The position numbers and the translations under genes were made by a program. From the sequence record PQ015378.1: DNA of 64,000 nt; one strand, given 5' to 3'. Under the pieces are notes generated by a model. It had not been told where the DNA came from. It ran no database searches and saw only the letters and a program-made list of their open reading frames with translations. Positions 1 through 9,605 of this stretch are shown piece after piece; the stretch's first letter is position 1, and each line of letters starts with the position of its first letter.

Positions 1-336
1 ATGGAACTGCAAAAACGCAACTTCAATATCGACCCGTCGGAAATGATCTACCATAAGGACCGTTTCCTGACGGAAGGTAAGTGTGAGATGGTTCGCTTCG
101 TCGGAGCGTTCCATGGCGAGTACATCCTTACCAACGAGATCGAAGTTGTTTGCCGTGGAAACGAACTGGGCAAGATCGCTCGGTTCGTAGTCCGTAGCGG
201 TGATCAGGAAGTCGATCTCGTGATGGATCTGGAAACCTGCCGCTACGAGGCAGAGGGCAACATCAAAACCAAACTCAACGATGTGGTTCTCGTGTTCGAG
301 GCCCAGTACAAAGCTGAAGAGGTGGTACCAGCATGA
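1..336 (+). CDS. hypothetical protein (start may lie upstream of the window)
   Basis: ORF from base 1 with phage-like codon usage; its stop overlaps the next ATG (ATGA). Confidence 0.7.
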   Translation: MELQKRNFNIDPSEMIYHKDRFLTEGKCEMVRFVGAFHGEYILTNEIEVVCRGNELGKIARFVVRSGDQEVDLVMDLETCRYEAEGNIKTKLNDVVLVFEAQYKAEEVVPA

Positions 337-1283
337 TCTATATCCGTGAGAGTTACTTTGGTGGTGCGCAGTCGCGCATCGCCGAGATGGTAAAGATGCC
401 GGGTGGTGAACTCCACCCGCAACTCGGTGAACTCGATGGTGATTCGTACACCCTCATCGCAGACACCCGCAGTTCCGAAGACCTGTTCGCCATCCTGGTA
501 ACCCACAACGCGATCAAGCGAAACTGCCCCGGTGCAGTAATCGATCTGCGGATCGGCTATGTCCCATACGCTCGTCAAGACCGTGTGGCCAATGAGGGAG
601 AAGCTCTGTCCATCGAGGCAATGGCAGACTTCCTGAACATGATGAACTTCCGTAAGGTCGAAATCAGTGACCCACACAGTGACGTCACCCCGGCCCTGAT
701 CAAGAACGTCAAAGTTCGCACCCAGGTCGAGATCCTGCGCAAGTGGCTGGTGCACGTTGATCAAGGTGGTGAGTCTGGTTACCAGTCGTTCAAGATCAAC
801 CCGACAGAATGGGTCCTGGTTGCACCCGACGCTGGTGCCATCAAGAAGACCGACAAGATCGCCAAAGAACTCGGGTTCTCCGGCATCGTCTACATGGACA
901 AAGAGCGTGACACCCAAACCGGGAAGATCACTCGTACGTTCCCCCGCCTGTACGTCGAAAACGGCAAGCACACCCCGGTGAGTGAAATCGCCGGGAAGAA
1001 ACTGCTGGTCGTCGACGACATCTGTGACGGTGGCTACACCTTCATCCAGCTGGCCGATGCGCTGAAAGAGTTCGCTCCTGAAAAGCTGGATCTGTTCGTC
1101 ACCCACGGGATCTTCTCGAAGGGTACGGATTGCCTGCTCGAAGCTGGCTACAACCGCATCCTCACCACCAACGCCTACCGCCTGGACAGCTGGAACGTCG
1201 ATCAGTTCCTGGGTAGTAGCAAAGACGTCGAGGAAGTTGAAGCTTCCCGTGTCATCCGTTTCCGCGACATTCAATCCATCTAA
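333..1283 (+). CDS. prs: ribose-phosphate pyrophosphokinase-family protein (likely NARP1 Adps, ADPR-PP synthase)
   Basis: PRS motifs YVPYARQDR, DPHSDV, LVAPDAGA, LLVVDDICDGGYTF, VTHGIFS; directly upstream of a NAMPT-family gene. Confidence 0.9.
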   Translation: MIYIRESYFGGAQSRIAEMVKMPGGELHPQLGELDGDSYTLIADTRSSEDLFAILVTHNAIKRNCPGAVIDLRIGYVPYARQDRVANEGEALSIEAMADFLNMMNFRKVEISDPHSDVTPALIKNVKVRTQVEILRKWLVHVDQGGESGYQSFKINPTEWVLVAPDAGAIKKTDKIAKELGFSGIVYMDKERDTQTGKITRTFPRLYVENGKHTPVSEIAGKKLLVVDDICDGGYTFIQLADALKEFAPEKLDLFVTHGIFSKGTDCLLEAGYNRILTTNAYRLDSWNVDQFLGSSKDVEEVEASRVIRFRDIQSI

Positions 1284-1297
1284 AAGGAAAAGACATC

Positions 1298-3124
1298 ATG
1301 GCAATGTGGCTCCAAGCTGTAACCGGTACTGACTTCTATAAGCCAGGTCACGGTCCTCTGTACCCAGCCGGTACTACACGCAAGTACTCTAACTTCACCC
1401 CGCGTTCCGCCAAGAACTTCCTGCGCTCGAAGTCGGCATCGTCGTACTACGACAACAAGGTCGTGAACTTCGGTATCTACGGTACCTGGCAAGAACTGGT
1501 CGAGCTGTGGGATCGTACCTTCTTCAAGGTCGACAAAGAAAAAGCAGTCAAGTTCGCCAAGCGTCGCTTCGACAATGCCTGCGGTATGGGAGTGATCAAG
1601 ACTGAACAGATCGCCAAGCTCCATGATGTCGGCTACCTGCCTGTCACTGTCCTGGCCATCGAAGAAGGCAAGCGCGTCAACATCGGTATTCCTCTGTGGG
1701 TCCTCTACAACGAGGAAGAACACAAGGAACACTACTGGTTGGTGAACTACCTGGAAACCATCCTGTCGTCGTACAACTGGCAGCAGATCACCAACGCCAC
1801 CATCGCCTTCGAATACCGACGTGTGATGGAACGCTGGGCGGCCAAGACCTGTGACGATCGCAACCACATCCTGTTCCAGGGTCACGACTTCTCGTTCCGT
1901 GGCATGCCTGGTCCAGAAGCAGCTGGTCGCTCCAACTCCGGTCACCTCGCGTGCTTCGCCGGTACCGACACCATTCCGGCTATCGACTACCTGGAGTTCC
2001 TGTACCACGCTGACTCCGACAAGGAGCTGGTAGGTGCATCGGTAACTGCAACCGAACACGCCGTGGCCACTGCCAACATCCTCTCCCGCCTGGAAGAAGC
2101 ACTCGGCGCAATCGACCAGAAAGAACTATCGGAAATGCCGCATGAGAAATACGTGGCACTGATCGACATGCTCAAGCTGGAATGCGAGCGTGAGTTCATC
2201 CTGGAAATCATCTCGCAGAAAGTGAACGAAGGCATCGTCTCGCTGGTCTGCGACTCGTTCGACTTCTGGGGCGTGATCCGTCTGCTTCCTTCTCTCCGCA
2301 AAGAGATCGAAGCGCGACTGCGCAACTCACTGGGTATGGCCAAGGTCGTCATCCGTCCTGACTCAGGTGATCCTGTCAAGGTCATCACTGGTTTCAAACT
2401 GGCGGGCGAGTATGGTTCGGTTGAAGCCATGCAAGAAGCTATCGACAACTACGGCTGGGAAGCGATCAACGGTGAAGCAGTCAAGATCGGTGATCGTTAC
2501 TACGAACTGATCGATAACACCGTGGGTGCCGGTCTTGCTGAAGAACATATCGGTCGCGAGATGACCCGTGAGGAAACAATCGGCGCAATCGAAGCGCTGT
2601 GGGAAGGCTTCGGTGGCCACGTAAACACCAAGGGCTACAAAGTCCTGAATGAATACGTCGGCCTGATCTACGGTGACTCGATCACTGTAGAACGCACCGA
2701 GCAGATCTTCCAGCGCCTGGCTGACAAAGGCTTCGCTTCGTCGAACGTTGTTCTGGGCATCGGTTCCTACACCTACCAGTACAACACTCGTGATACCTTC
2801 GGCATGGCGATGAAAGCCACTGCGTGTGAAGTGAAAGACCGTCTGATCGAGCTGTACAAAGATCCAAAGACTGCTGCTTCGAAGAAATCGGCCCGTGGCT
2901 TCCTGCAAGTCGAGGAAACCGAGCACTTCGACTTCAAGCTGATCCAGTCGGCTGATCTGAGCTGGGGTGACCTGGCTAACGGTTCGGGTGAGCTGCGTCC
3001 TCTGTGGATGCGCGGTCAGTTCGTGGACGGCACCACGCTGAACGCTATCCGCGAGAACATCGAAGAAGCAATCGCTCTCGACATGGCCAACTTCGATCCT
3101 GAAGAGCTGTCGGTAGCCAACTGA
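1298..3124 (+). CDS. nadV: nicotinamide phosphoribosyltransferase-family protein (likely NARP1 Namat)
   Basis: TDFYKPGH, HDFSFRG, GTDT, ATEH, VSLVCDSFD, IRPDSGDP, IYGDSIT, GIGSYTYQYNTRDTFG, KDPKT motifs. Confidence 0.92.
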   Translation: MAMWLQAVTGTDFYKPGHGPLYPAGTTRKYSNFTPRSAKNFLRSKSASSYYDNKVVNFGIYGTWQELVELWDRTFFKVDKEKAVKFAKRRFDNACGMGVIKTEQIAKLHDVGYLPVTVLAIEEGKRVNIGIPLWVLYNEEEHKEHYWLVNYLETILSSYNWQQITNATIAFEYRRVMERWAAKTCDDRNHILFQGHDFSFRGMPGPEAAGRSNSGHLACFAGTDTIPAIDYLEFLYHADSDKELVGASVTATEHAVATANILSRLEEALGAIDQKELSEMPHEKYVALIDMLKLECEREFILEIISQKVNEGIVSLVCDSFDFWGVIRLLPSLRKEIEARLRNSLGMAKVVIRPDSGDPVKVITGFKLAGEYGSVEAMQEAIDNYGWEAINGEAVKIGDRYYELIDNTVGAGLAEEHIGREMTREETIGAIEALWEGFGGHVNTKGYKVLNEYVGLIYGDSITVERTEQIFQRLADKGFASSNVVLGIGSYTYQYNTRDTFGMAMKATACEVKDRLIELYKDPKTAASKKSARGFLQVEETEHFDFKLIQSADLSWGDLANGSGELRPLWMRGQFVDGTTLNAIRENIEEAIALDMANFDPEELSVAN

Positions 3125-3130
3125 TAGGAA

Positions 3131-3165
3131 GGGGGACTTCGGTCCCCAACCTACTTTTTCTTTTT
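3131..3165 (+). terminator. intrinsic terminator
   Basis: GGGGAC-TTCG-GTCCCC followed by a T-rich tract. Confidence 0.8.
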
Positions 3166-3183
3166 ATGCCGTTGGAGGTCTAT

Positions 3184-3783
3184 ATGTCCTGCTGCAATGA
3201 ATGTAAAGAACAAGCCAAGGCAGAAGGGTTTGTGGTTATCAACTTCGGTGATCAGGATAAAGTCCATCCCGAATTGGTCGGTAGTTGCTTTACCACCACA
3301 GGTTGGAGCTTCTATACCAGTCGTGGTGAACTGATCCGTGACGACTACATTATTCGTGTCAGTAACATGGGTAAGTCTTACCTGGTCTCGATCTACGTCA
3401 AGGAGCTTCCATTCGACCAGTTGGTCGCCACCCTGCAGTTCAACCCAACCACCGGCGAGACGCTGACTCGTACTTACCGTCAACTCGACTGGTGTGATTT
3501 CCATTGGTCGTTCGCCTACGTCCCTGTCAAGTCGGCTAACTGGAAACGGATCGGCCCTGGGATGTTCCGCATCCGTAACCGTATTGGAGTCCAAGAAGTT
3601 TTGGATCAATACGACGCGCGCAACACACCTCCAGGTCGGAAGATCCAGATGTACGCTGATGGCAGCATGCACGCCGATCGCTGGCCAATGTTCCTGTTGC
3701 TGGAAGGACAAAAGGAATACAGTGTACGGATGGCAGATGTGGTTGAGATCCCCAATTGGAAAGATGACGCAGCATGGAAATGA
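3184..3783 (+). CDS. hypothetical protein (N-terminal CCxxC)
   Basis: GGAGG RBS before ATG 3184. Confidence 0.75.
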   Translation: MSCCNECKEQAKAEGFVVINFGDQDKVHPELVGSCFTTTGWSFYTSRGELIRDDYIIRVSNMGKSYLVSIYVKELPFDQLVATLQFNPTTGETLTRTYRQLDWCDFHWSFAYVPVKSANWKRIGPGMFRIRNRIGVQEVLDQYDARNTPPGRKIQMYADGSMHADRWPMFLLLEGQKEYSVRMADVVEIPNWKDDAAWK

Positions 3784-3807
3784 TGTGTAATCAATAGGAG
3801 GTCTGCA

Positions 3808-5232
3808 ATGCAGCAACATCAAGACTATCTCCAGGAGATCCTGGATAGCGGCATCATGAAAGGTGACCGCACGGGTACGGGTACCCAATCTCGTTTCGGT
3901 ACGTTCTATCGTTACGACATCAGCAATGAACAACTGCTGGCGATCGGTACCAAGAAACTGCACCTGAAGACAGGCTTCGTGGAAGAAGACTGGATGTTCT
4001 CCGGTGATACCAACATCAAGTTCTTGAAAGAGAACAACTGCAACATCTGGGACGAGTGGGTCAAAGAAGGTACCGGTGTCTATCGTGAGGCAACCGTGAC
4101 CGAAATGCGTCGGTCATGGACTCGCGATAACTGGGACTGGGCGGCATTCGAGTTTGTTCCATACACCGACGGAAGCCGGTTTAAGTGGGAAGACTTCGAG
4201 GTACGCAACGATCGGTTTGCACTGGTGAGTGATCGCCAAGGATCCATGCATGGTGCCAACTCGCTCAAGCTGTATTACAAAGTCTTCTACAAAGGAGAAC
4301 TGGGCTTCTTCCCAGAAGGTGAACCCGATCATCCGAATTGGATCGAGATCTATCGGTTGGCCGGGGTGAACGACATGACCGTGGTCGAAGGTGAACTCGG
4401 CGCTGTATACGGGCAGATGTTCCGTAATATCGAAGACACCCGACTGCTGGATGACTCGGTCGATATGAACCCATACCTCAAACGTGGGTTCTCTTACGTT
4501 GGTCCAGTGACGGGTACCAAGAAGTACGTGGTGACTCGTCAGATCGATCAGCTGTCAGATCTGATCAAAGGGCTGCGTGAGAACCGGGATTCCCGTCGGC
4601 ACATCCTGTGCCCATGGAACCCAGCGTACGTTGACGAACAAGCACTGCCGCCGTGCCACTCGTTCATCCAGTTCTGGACACGTGAACTCTCCTGTGAGGA
4701 ACGAGCAACCATTTCCATGATCCGTTATGACCGGGACTACAAAGAGTTCCGTGAGAACGTTCGTAAGGGTAAAGCTCGCCCACATGAATTCAAGTTGTCG
4801 CCGCCATTATCGTCTAACGATTTCGTTCGACAGGGCGAACACCAGATGTCCATCGACTGGGCTGATTACGCGCGGTATCTGGACGAGCTGGGAATTCCAC
4901 GTGTTGCACTCAGCTGCATGGTCTACATGCGGTCGAATGATGCGTTCCTGGGTTCTCCGTACAACCTGACGTTCTACTCGTCGATGACCCACAAGCTGGC
5001 TCACGAACTCGGTTACTGGGGTGAAGAGCTCATCCACGTTGTGGGTGATGCCCACATCTACAACAACCATCGCAGTCAAGTTAATCTGCAGTTGAGCCGT
5101 CCGGTAAAAGCTGCTCCACGTCTGAAGATCAACAAACCTGTTGGCACTCGTCTGGTCGACATGACATGGCGTGACCTCGATGTGATCGGTTACGATCCTG
5201 CACCACACATCCCGGCACCTGTGGCCAAATGA
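3808..5232 (+). CDS. thyA: thymidylate synthase with large insertions
   Basis: DRTGTGT, IWDEW, LGAVYG, DSRRHIL, LPPCH (catalytic Cys), RSND, GSPYN, GDAHIY, YDPAPHIPAPVA motifs. Confidence 0.95.
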   Translation: MQQHQDYLQEILDSGIMKGDRTGTGTQSRFGTFYRYDISNEQLLAIGTKKLHLKTGFVEEDWMFSGDTNIKFLKENNCNIWDEWVKEGTGVYREATVTEMRRSWTRDNWDWAAFEFVPYTDGSRFKWEDFEVRNDRFALVSDRQGSMHGANSLKLYYKVFYKGELGFFPEGEPDHPNWIEIYRLAGVNDMTVVEGELGAVYGQMFRNIEDTRLLDDSVDMNPYLKRGFSYVGPVTGTKKYVVTRQIDQLSDLIKGLRENRDSRRHILCPWNPAYVDEQALPPCHSFIQFWTRELSCEERATISMIRYDRDYKEFRENVRKGKARPHEFKLSPPLSSNDFVRQGEHQMSIDWADYARYLDELGIPRVALSCMVYMRSNDAFLGSPYNLTFYSSMTHKLAHELGYWGEELIHVVGDAHIYNNHRSQVNLQLSRPVKAAPRLKINKPVGTRLVDMTWRDLDVIGYDPAPHIPAPVAK

Positions 5233-5262
5233 CATAAAAGCCTCCCCGAAGGGAGGCTTTAT
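5233..5262 (+). terminator. hairpin terminator
   Basis: AAAGCCTCCC-CGAA-GGGAGGCTTT. Confidence 0.8.
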
Positions 5263-5274
5263 TCCGGAGGCAAT

Positions 5275-5526
5275 GTGAAGAAGATCATCGCTGTAACAGA
5301 ATACCCCGTCGTTGATTTGGATAGCGTACGTTTCCTCCGAGAAGTCATCCATGTCAACGGTTCCTACAAACTGCATCTTACCCGTGACCCTCAAAGGGCA
5401 CAAAAGTTCGGTGCCGAAATTCATGCGGTGGCCCAATGGCTAACCAATCGACAAGACGCGGGAGCTATCGTGCGTGCGCGCGATTTTTCTTCCATCTATT
5501 CATTCAACGTTGTGGACTCAAAATGA
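5275..5526 (+). CDS. hypothetical protein
   Basis: GGAGG RBS, GTG start. Confidence 0.65.
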   Translation: MKKIIAVTEYPVVDLDSVRFLREVIHVNGSYKLHLTRDPQRAQKFGAEIHAVAQWLTNRQDAGAIVRARDFSSIYSFNVVDSK

Positions 5527-6026
5527 CTCGTGAACTTTCCATCGAAGAACGCATGAACCTGATGACTGTCGCTCTCGGTGTACAGCATCGTTACACTTAC
5601 GAGAAGATCTCACACCACAAGCGTGACGCTACCGTGGCCGAGTTACATGACTACCTCGATCATCGGTTCATCCCACGCTACACCGACTGTCCTTATCCAC
5701 TGTCGATCCTGGAAGAGCATCTGACTGAAGGCAAGCGTCTGGATGGCGCCCGTGTCAGTGAAGATGGCGCACTGAAAATGTCCTCGGACGAAATGCAGCG
5801 ACGCATGTTTGTGTATGCACTCGACGGCAAGTTGCGCCGTAGTGAGCCGAAGGGTGATCTTTACCGCATGCTGTACACACTGCAGGAAGAAGCCAGTGGC
5901 AAAGCTGTCGAGTGTGAGAAGGGTGACTTCTTCATCTATATCCCACAAGACAAGAAGATTCACGCTTTCACTGTGTGCCCTAAAGCACGCGCCAAAGCCA
6001 ATGCCCAATCGGAAGGTGCCGTATGA
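5523..6026 (+). CDS. hypothetical protein
   Basis: ATGA overlap with the upstream ORF. Confidence 0.7.
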   Translation: MTRELSIEERMNLMTVALGVQHRYTYEKISHHKRDATVAELHDYLDHRFIPRYTDCPYPLSILEEHLTEGKRLDGARVSEDGALKMSSDEMQRRMFVYALDGKLRRSEPKGDLYRMLYTLQEEASGKAVECEKGDFFIYIPQDKKIHAFTVCPKARAKANAQSEGAV

Positions 6027-6442
6027 CTCAAATGAAAATCGATCTGGGTGGCAAGACCACCCACTTCGTCAAGGCTCTCGAAAAACTGATCGAGAAGAAC
6101 AAGGTAAACGGAATCTTCTGTGAACTCGCTTACCCTGACCTGAGCCCTTACAAGGACGCCTCGCGCAAGATCTGGCGCGTAGGGCAGACGAACCCCACTC
6201 TGATCGGAGCGGTGCTCAAACACGTTGCTACGACCGATAAGGAGGTATTGTTCGATGTATTCCCTTCCGGTCCTCGTCGCGACTTCTTCCAGATGGAACG
6301 TGCCCGTGGTTTGGAATACGGGATCGGTATCCGTCAAGTCGTGAACGCATCCGGTAAGGTGCTTTCGATCGGTAGCCTGGACATGGTTGCACTCGACCAG
6401 TTCGGTGAAGTTGAACCTCTGGTTGTGGAGAAGCTGGTATAA
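6023..6442 (+). CDS. hypothetical protein
   Basis: coupled ORF (ATGA overlap). Confidence 0.75.
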   Translation: MTQMKIDLGGKTTHFVKALEKLIEKNKVNGIFCELAYPDLSPYKDASRKIWRVGQTNPTLIGAVLKHVATTDKEVLFDVFPSGPRRDFFQMERARGLEYGIGIRQVVNASGKVLSIGSLDMVALDQFGEVEPLVVEKLV

Positions 6443-6835
6443 ATGCGTAAGATCATCGAACTATTTCAAAGCGGGCGGCAGTATATCAAGAAGCATAAGC
6501 CAGATGATGTTTGGCTTATCTCCTGGCTCGTTGAGCTGGGTGTTTTGATAACGCTCGATTTGATAGTGTGGCTGTGGTGGCTCGTACGGACCCCATTCGG
6601 CAGATGGGAATCCAAAGCGACTACCGTCGGGGAACTGGATAAGATCCCCGATGTGCCATTGCCGGTAAGGCTGGTGATCAAAGAGTTGATGGTTCGTCAT
6701 CCGGAACACTACCGGGTTCATTACACAGTGCATCCGTACTGGCAACGTTATCGCGACAAGTGGACGTTCCGAACCGATAGCACTGACGTGATGTTGGTGT
6801 GTATTCGGGAACGAATTACTGACCTCGATAATTAG
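6443..6835 (+). CDS. hypothetical membrane-anchored protein
   Basis: hydrophobic segment WLISWLVELGVLITLDLIVWLWWLV. Confidence 0.65.
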   Translation: MRKIIELFQSGRQYIKKHKPDDVWLISWLVELGVLITLDLIVWLWWLVRTPFGRWESKATTVGELDKIPDVPLPVRLVIKELMVRHPEHYRVHYTVHPYWQRYRDKWTFRTDSTDVMLVCIRERITDLDN

Positions 6836-6876
6836 TTGTAGCTAACGCTTGTAATCAACCCAATAGGAATCCTGCA

Positions 6877-8322
6877 ATGACCGAACAAGCTGCTGTAGTT
6901 GTAGAAGACAAGCCAATCCGTGAAGGTCACGGTGTGGTTGAGAAAGACCGCAAGCTGGCCAAGATCGTCATCATCGACGATGTTGTGACCCACCCGAACG
7001 CAGACAAGCTGGAACTCGCCGTGATCGGTGGCTGGCAACTGTGTGTGAAGAAAGGTGAGTACACTAAAGGTCAGCGTGCGATCTACTGTGAGATCGATTC
7101 GCTCCTACCTCTGTCGAACGTTGAACTGTTCGGCTTCCTGGAAGAACGTCGTTCGGACAACCGTCGTGTCAACGGTGAGAACTACCACCGCCTGAAAACC
7201 ATCAAGCTGCGGAAAGAACTTTCGCAAGGCCTGTTGGTTCCTGTCCCAGAAGCGTTCAAAGACTACGAAGTCGATACCAACGTTACCCTGGAACTCGGCA
7301 TCCTGAAGTACGAGCCGAAGCCGGTTCGTGAACGTGACGGCGATGGTGGTGTTGCCAAGTCGGACTGGTATGGTCGTCTGGTCCGTCGCATCCTGCGTGG
7401 CCTGGATGGTTCGCTGATGCCATGGCCTGGTCAACTGACCAAGTCGGATCAAGATCGGGTTCAGAACAAGTCGGTTGCTTTCACGATCGCTAAACAAGAC
7501 CAGACCTCGTTCGAGATCACCTGGAAACTGGATGGCTCGTCGATGACCGTGTTCTGCATCGATGACTCGGGTGTTCGTACCGGTGTCTGCTCGCGTAACT
7601 ACGAGCTGTCCCTGGGTGACCAAGAGAACTGGTCGCTGTGGGATCAGATCCGTTACTACGCTGGTTCGTTCCTGGCACGTAACCGTAAGATCCTGCGCTT
7701 CGCCAAGAAGCTGCTGCCGAACGGTGACTTCCGTACCACCATTAAGTGGAACGGCATCCACTTCCCTGAATGGCGCACTGGTCCGCTGGTTACCGAGAAC
7801 AACTTCACCCGCTACGTGAAAGAACACGAAGTGGTTCAGAAGCTGCGGAAGTACCAACAGGAAACCGGTGAGTTCATCACTGTTCAGGGTGAACTGGTCG
7901 GTCCGGACATCCAGTCCAACTTCGAAGGCGTCGAGAAGCACGAGTACTACGTGTTCTCGGTTTACCGCAACGGTAACGAAGAAGTCCTGCCTGACGAAGC
8001 ACGCGAGATCGTAGCCAAGCTGGGTCTGTCCTACGTTCCTGTTCTGGATGCGAATTTCGTCATTCCAGAAGACATGGAACTGAAAGACATCGTCGCCATG
8101 GCCGAAGGTCCTCGTGGCCTGCATCCGACCAAACAGACCTTCCGTGAAGGCCTGGTGTTCAAGGCACGTCACAAGATCCTGTCCTGGAAAACCATCTCGG
8201 CGAAGTACCTGCTGAAGAAGGAAGAGGAAGAAGAGCGCAACGCTCGTGCTGAAGAAGCAGCCGCTAAAGCTGCAGCAGAAGCCGAGACCGCTGAAACTTC
8301 GACCGAAGCCAAAGCCGAGTAA
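6877..8322 (+). CDS. ATP-dependent RNA ligase, DRB0094-like family, with N-terminal OB/tRNA-binding-type module
   Basis: HPNADKL N-terminal motif; nucleotidyltransferase motifs KLDG, SRN, QGEL, YVFSV, EGLVFK, WKTIS. Confidence 0.9.
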   Translation: MTEQAAVVVEDKPIREGHGVVEKDRKLAKIVIIDDVVTHPNADKLELAVIGGWQLCVKKGEYTKGQRAIYCEIDSLLPLSNVELFGFLEERRSDNRRVNGENYHRLKTIKLRKELSQGLLVPVPEAFKDYEVDTNVTLELGILKYEPKPVRERDGDGGVAKSDWYGRLVRRILRGLDGSLMPWPGQLTKSDQDRVQNKSVAFTIAKQDQTSFEITWKLDGSSMTVFCIDDSGVRTGVCSRNYELSLGDQENWSLWDQIRYYAGSFLARNRKILRFAKKLLPNGDFRTTIKWNGIHFPEWRTGPLVTENNFTRYVKEHEVVQKLRKYQQETGEFITVQGELVGPDIQSNFEGVEKHEYYVFSVYRNGNEEVLPDEAREIVAKLGLSYVPVLDANFVIPEDMELKDIVAMAEGPRGLHPTKQTFREGLVFKARHKILSWKTISAKYLLKKEEEEERNARAEEAAAKAAAEAETAETSTEAKAE

Positions 8323-8327
8323 ACAAT

Positions 8328-8351
8328 GCGGGACCTTCGGGTCCCGCTTTT
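8328..8351 (+). terminator. intrinsic terminator
   Basis: GCGGGACC-TTCG-GGTCCCGC-TTTT. Confidence 0.85.
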
Positions 8352-8365
8352 GTCGTAGGAGCATC

Positions 8366-8608
8366 ATGAAAGTTTACATCGAAGGCCCACAAGAAGCTGT
8401 TGTGAGTGCCATGGATTCACACAAGAACTATTGGGTTGACCTTGAGTCAGCAATGCATACCGTGCGCAAGACGCATCACTGCAACTACGTTGTTCGGATG
8501 CATCGTTATAAGAAGTTCTGGTTGTTCGGCCCAAGCATCGAAGTTATCACTGTGAAGACCAACAACGATAACGATGTTCTCTATGCTGGTAAAAGGAGAA
8601 CGTATTGA
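8366..8608 (+). CDS. hypothetical protein (paralog of the next ORF)
   Basis: AGGAG RBS; begins MKVYIEG. Confidence 0.7.
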   Translation: MKVYIEGPQEAVVSAMDSHKNYWVDLESAMHTVRKTHHCNYVVRMHRYKKFWLFGPSIEVITVKTNNDNDVLYAGKRRTY

Positions 8609-8955
8609 AAATGTATTTCGAAGGTGGCTCAGTAACCGTGCTGAGAGCCTTAGCGCAACACGTGGGTCCTGAGTGGGTTAACAGCGAGGAACTTCGCCGA
8701 CACATCTCCAGGTATCCACGCAACGGCTATCGTATTTGGTTGAAGCAGCGGAAACGTTGGTTCTCTAAGACGATGGTCCAAACCATCACAGTACGCGACG
8801 TTACGGGTGAGGTTGATTATTACTCGAAAGTTGTCGTACCCATAAAGGAACAGCCTGATGTGGTACAAGAATCCGTGGACACTCCTTTTGTCCGCTGTAA
8901 TTGCAACAGTCATGGTGCTGGGAACTGCACTATCGTTGAACACCGTCGTGGTTAA
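8605..8955 (+). CDS. hypothetical protein (paralog of the previous ORF)
   Basis: TTG start overlapping the upstream stop; begins MKMYFEG. Confidence 0.65.
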   Translation: MKMYFEGGSVTVLRALAQHVGPEWVNSEELRRHISRYPRNGYRIWLKQRKRWFSKTMVQTITVRDVTGEVDYYSKVVVPIKEQPDVVQESVDTPFVRCNCNSHGAGNCTIVEHRRG

Positions 8956-8979
8956 CCGTCATCACCTGGAACAGCAAAA

Positions 8980-9279
8980 ATGAAACGATACCTCGTGCCT
9001 TTATTTCTTGCACTAACCTTGTCTGCCTGTGAGCCAGAAGGCGCGCCTGATGTAATGGCACAAGGTAAGGTCACAGGACAAACCTGTGAGATGATTAACG
9101 CTGGTCGATTCGGTGGATTGCAGGAAGGTAACTGCATCGCTGTAATCGACATTGGCGAAAAGAAACCGATGGTCTACCGCACCACCCGAAAGTACTCTGA
9201 GTACCTAGGGAAAGAGGTAATCGTTGTACGCGCCAGCAAACATACTTTCCGACTCGTCCCTGTGGAGACTGCACCATGA
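8980..9279 (+). CDS. putative lipoprotein
   Basis: signal peptide with lipobox LTLSA-C. Confidence 0.75.
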   Translation: MKRYLVPLFLALTLSACEPEGAPDVMAQGKVTGQTCEMINAGRFGGLQEGNCIAVIDIGEKKPMVYRTTRKYSEYLGKEVIVVRASKHTFRLVPVETAP

Positions 9280-9605
9280 TCGCTATCCTGAAAACCCTGC
9301 TGGAAAAATGGGGCTTCATCAAAGTTCAACGTCACTTCATCCTGCGTGACAAAATCAACCCGGAGTTCGAAGTACGTCGGGCTTACATGTGGGATGGTCG
9401 TGACGAATCCCGTGCGGAACTGAAGAAGTTCCTTGGTGCAGTACCAGTCAAGTTCTACAGCGGTGACGGTTCGGTAACTGTCGCTGGTTACCAGCAGATC
9501 TACCTGCAGCCAAACATGCTGATCTGGGAAGACTCGGACGGCTACGACGTGGGTTCGATGTACCACGTAGAACGCAACTTCATCGTGGAGGCTTGCACGT
9601 CGTGA
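9276..9605 (+). CDS. hypothetical protein
   Basis: ATGA-coupled ORF. Confidence 0.75.
   Translation: MIAILKTLLEKWGFIKVQRHFILRDKINPEFEVRRAYMWDGRDESRAELKKFLGAVPVKFYSGDGSVTVAGYQQIYLQPNMLIWEDSDGYDVGSMYHVERNFIVEACTS

Noticed and set aside
243-1274. Long antisense ORFs (e.g. 243-1274, 1280-2059, 7105-8367 on -; 41754-42782, 45243-46100, 56525-57301, 59697-60515, 61489-62346 on +)
   Set aside because: Shadows of strongly codon-biased genes on the opposite strand; no RBS and no motifs.
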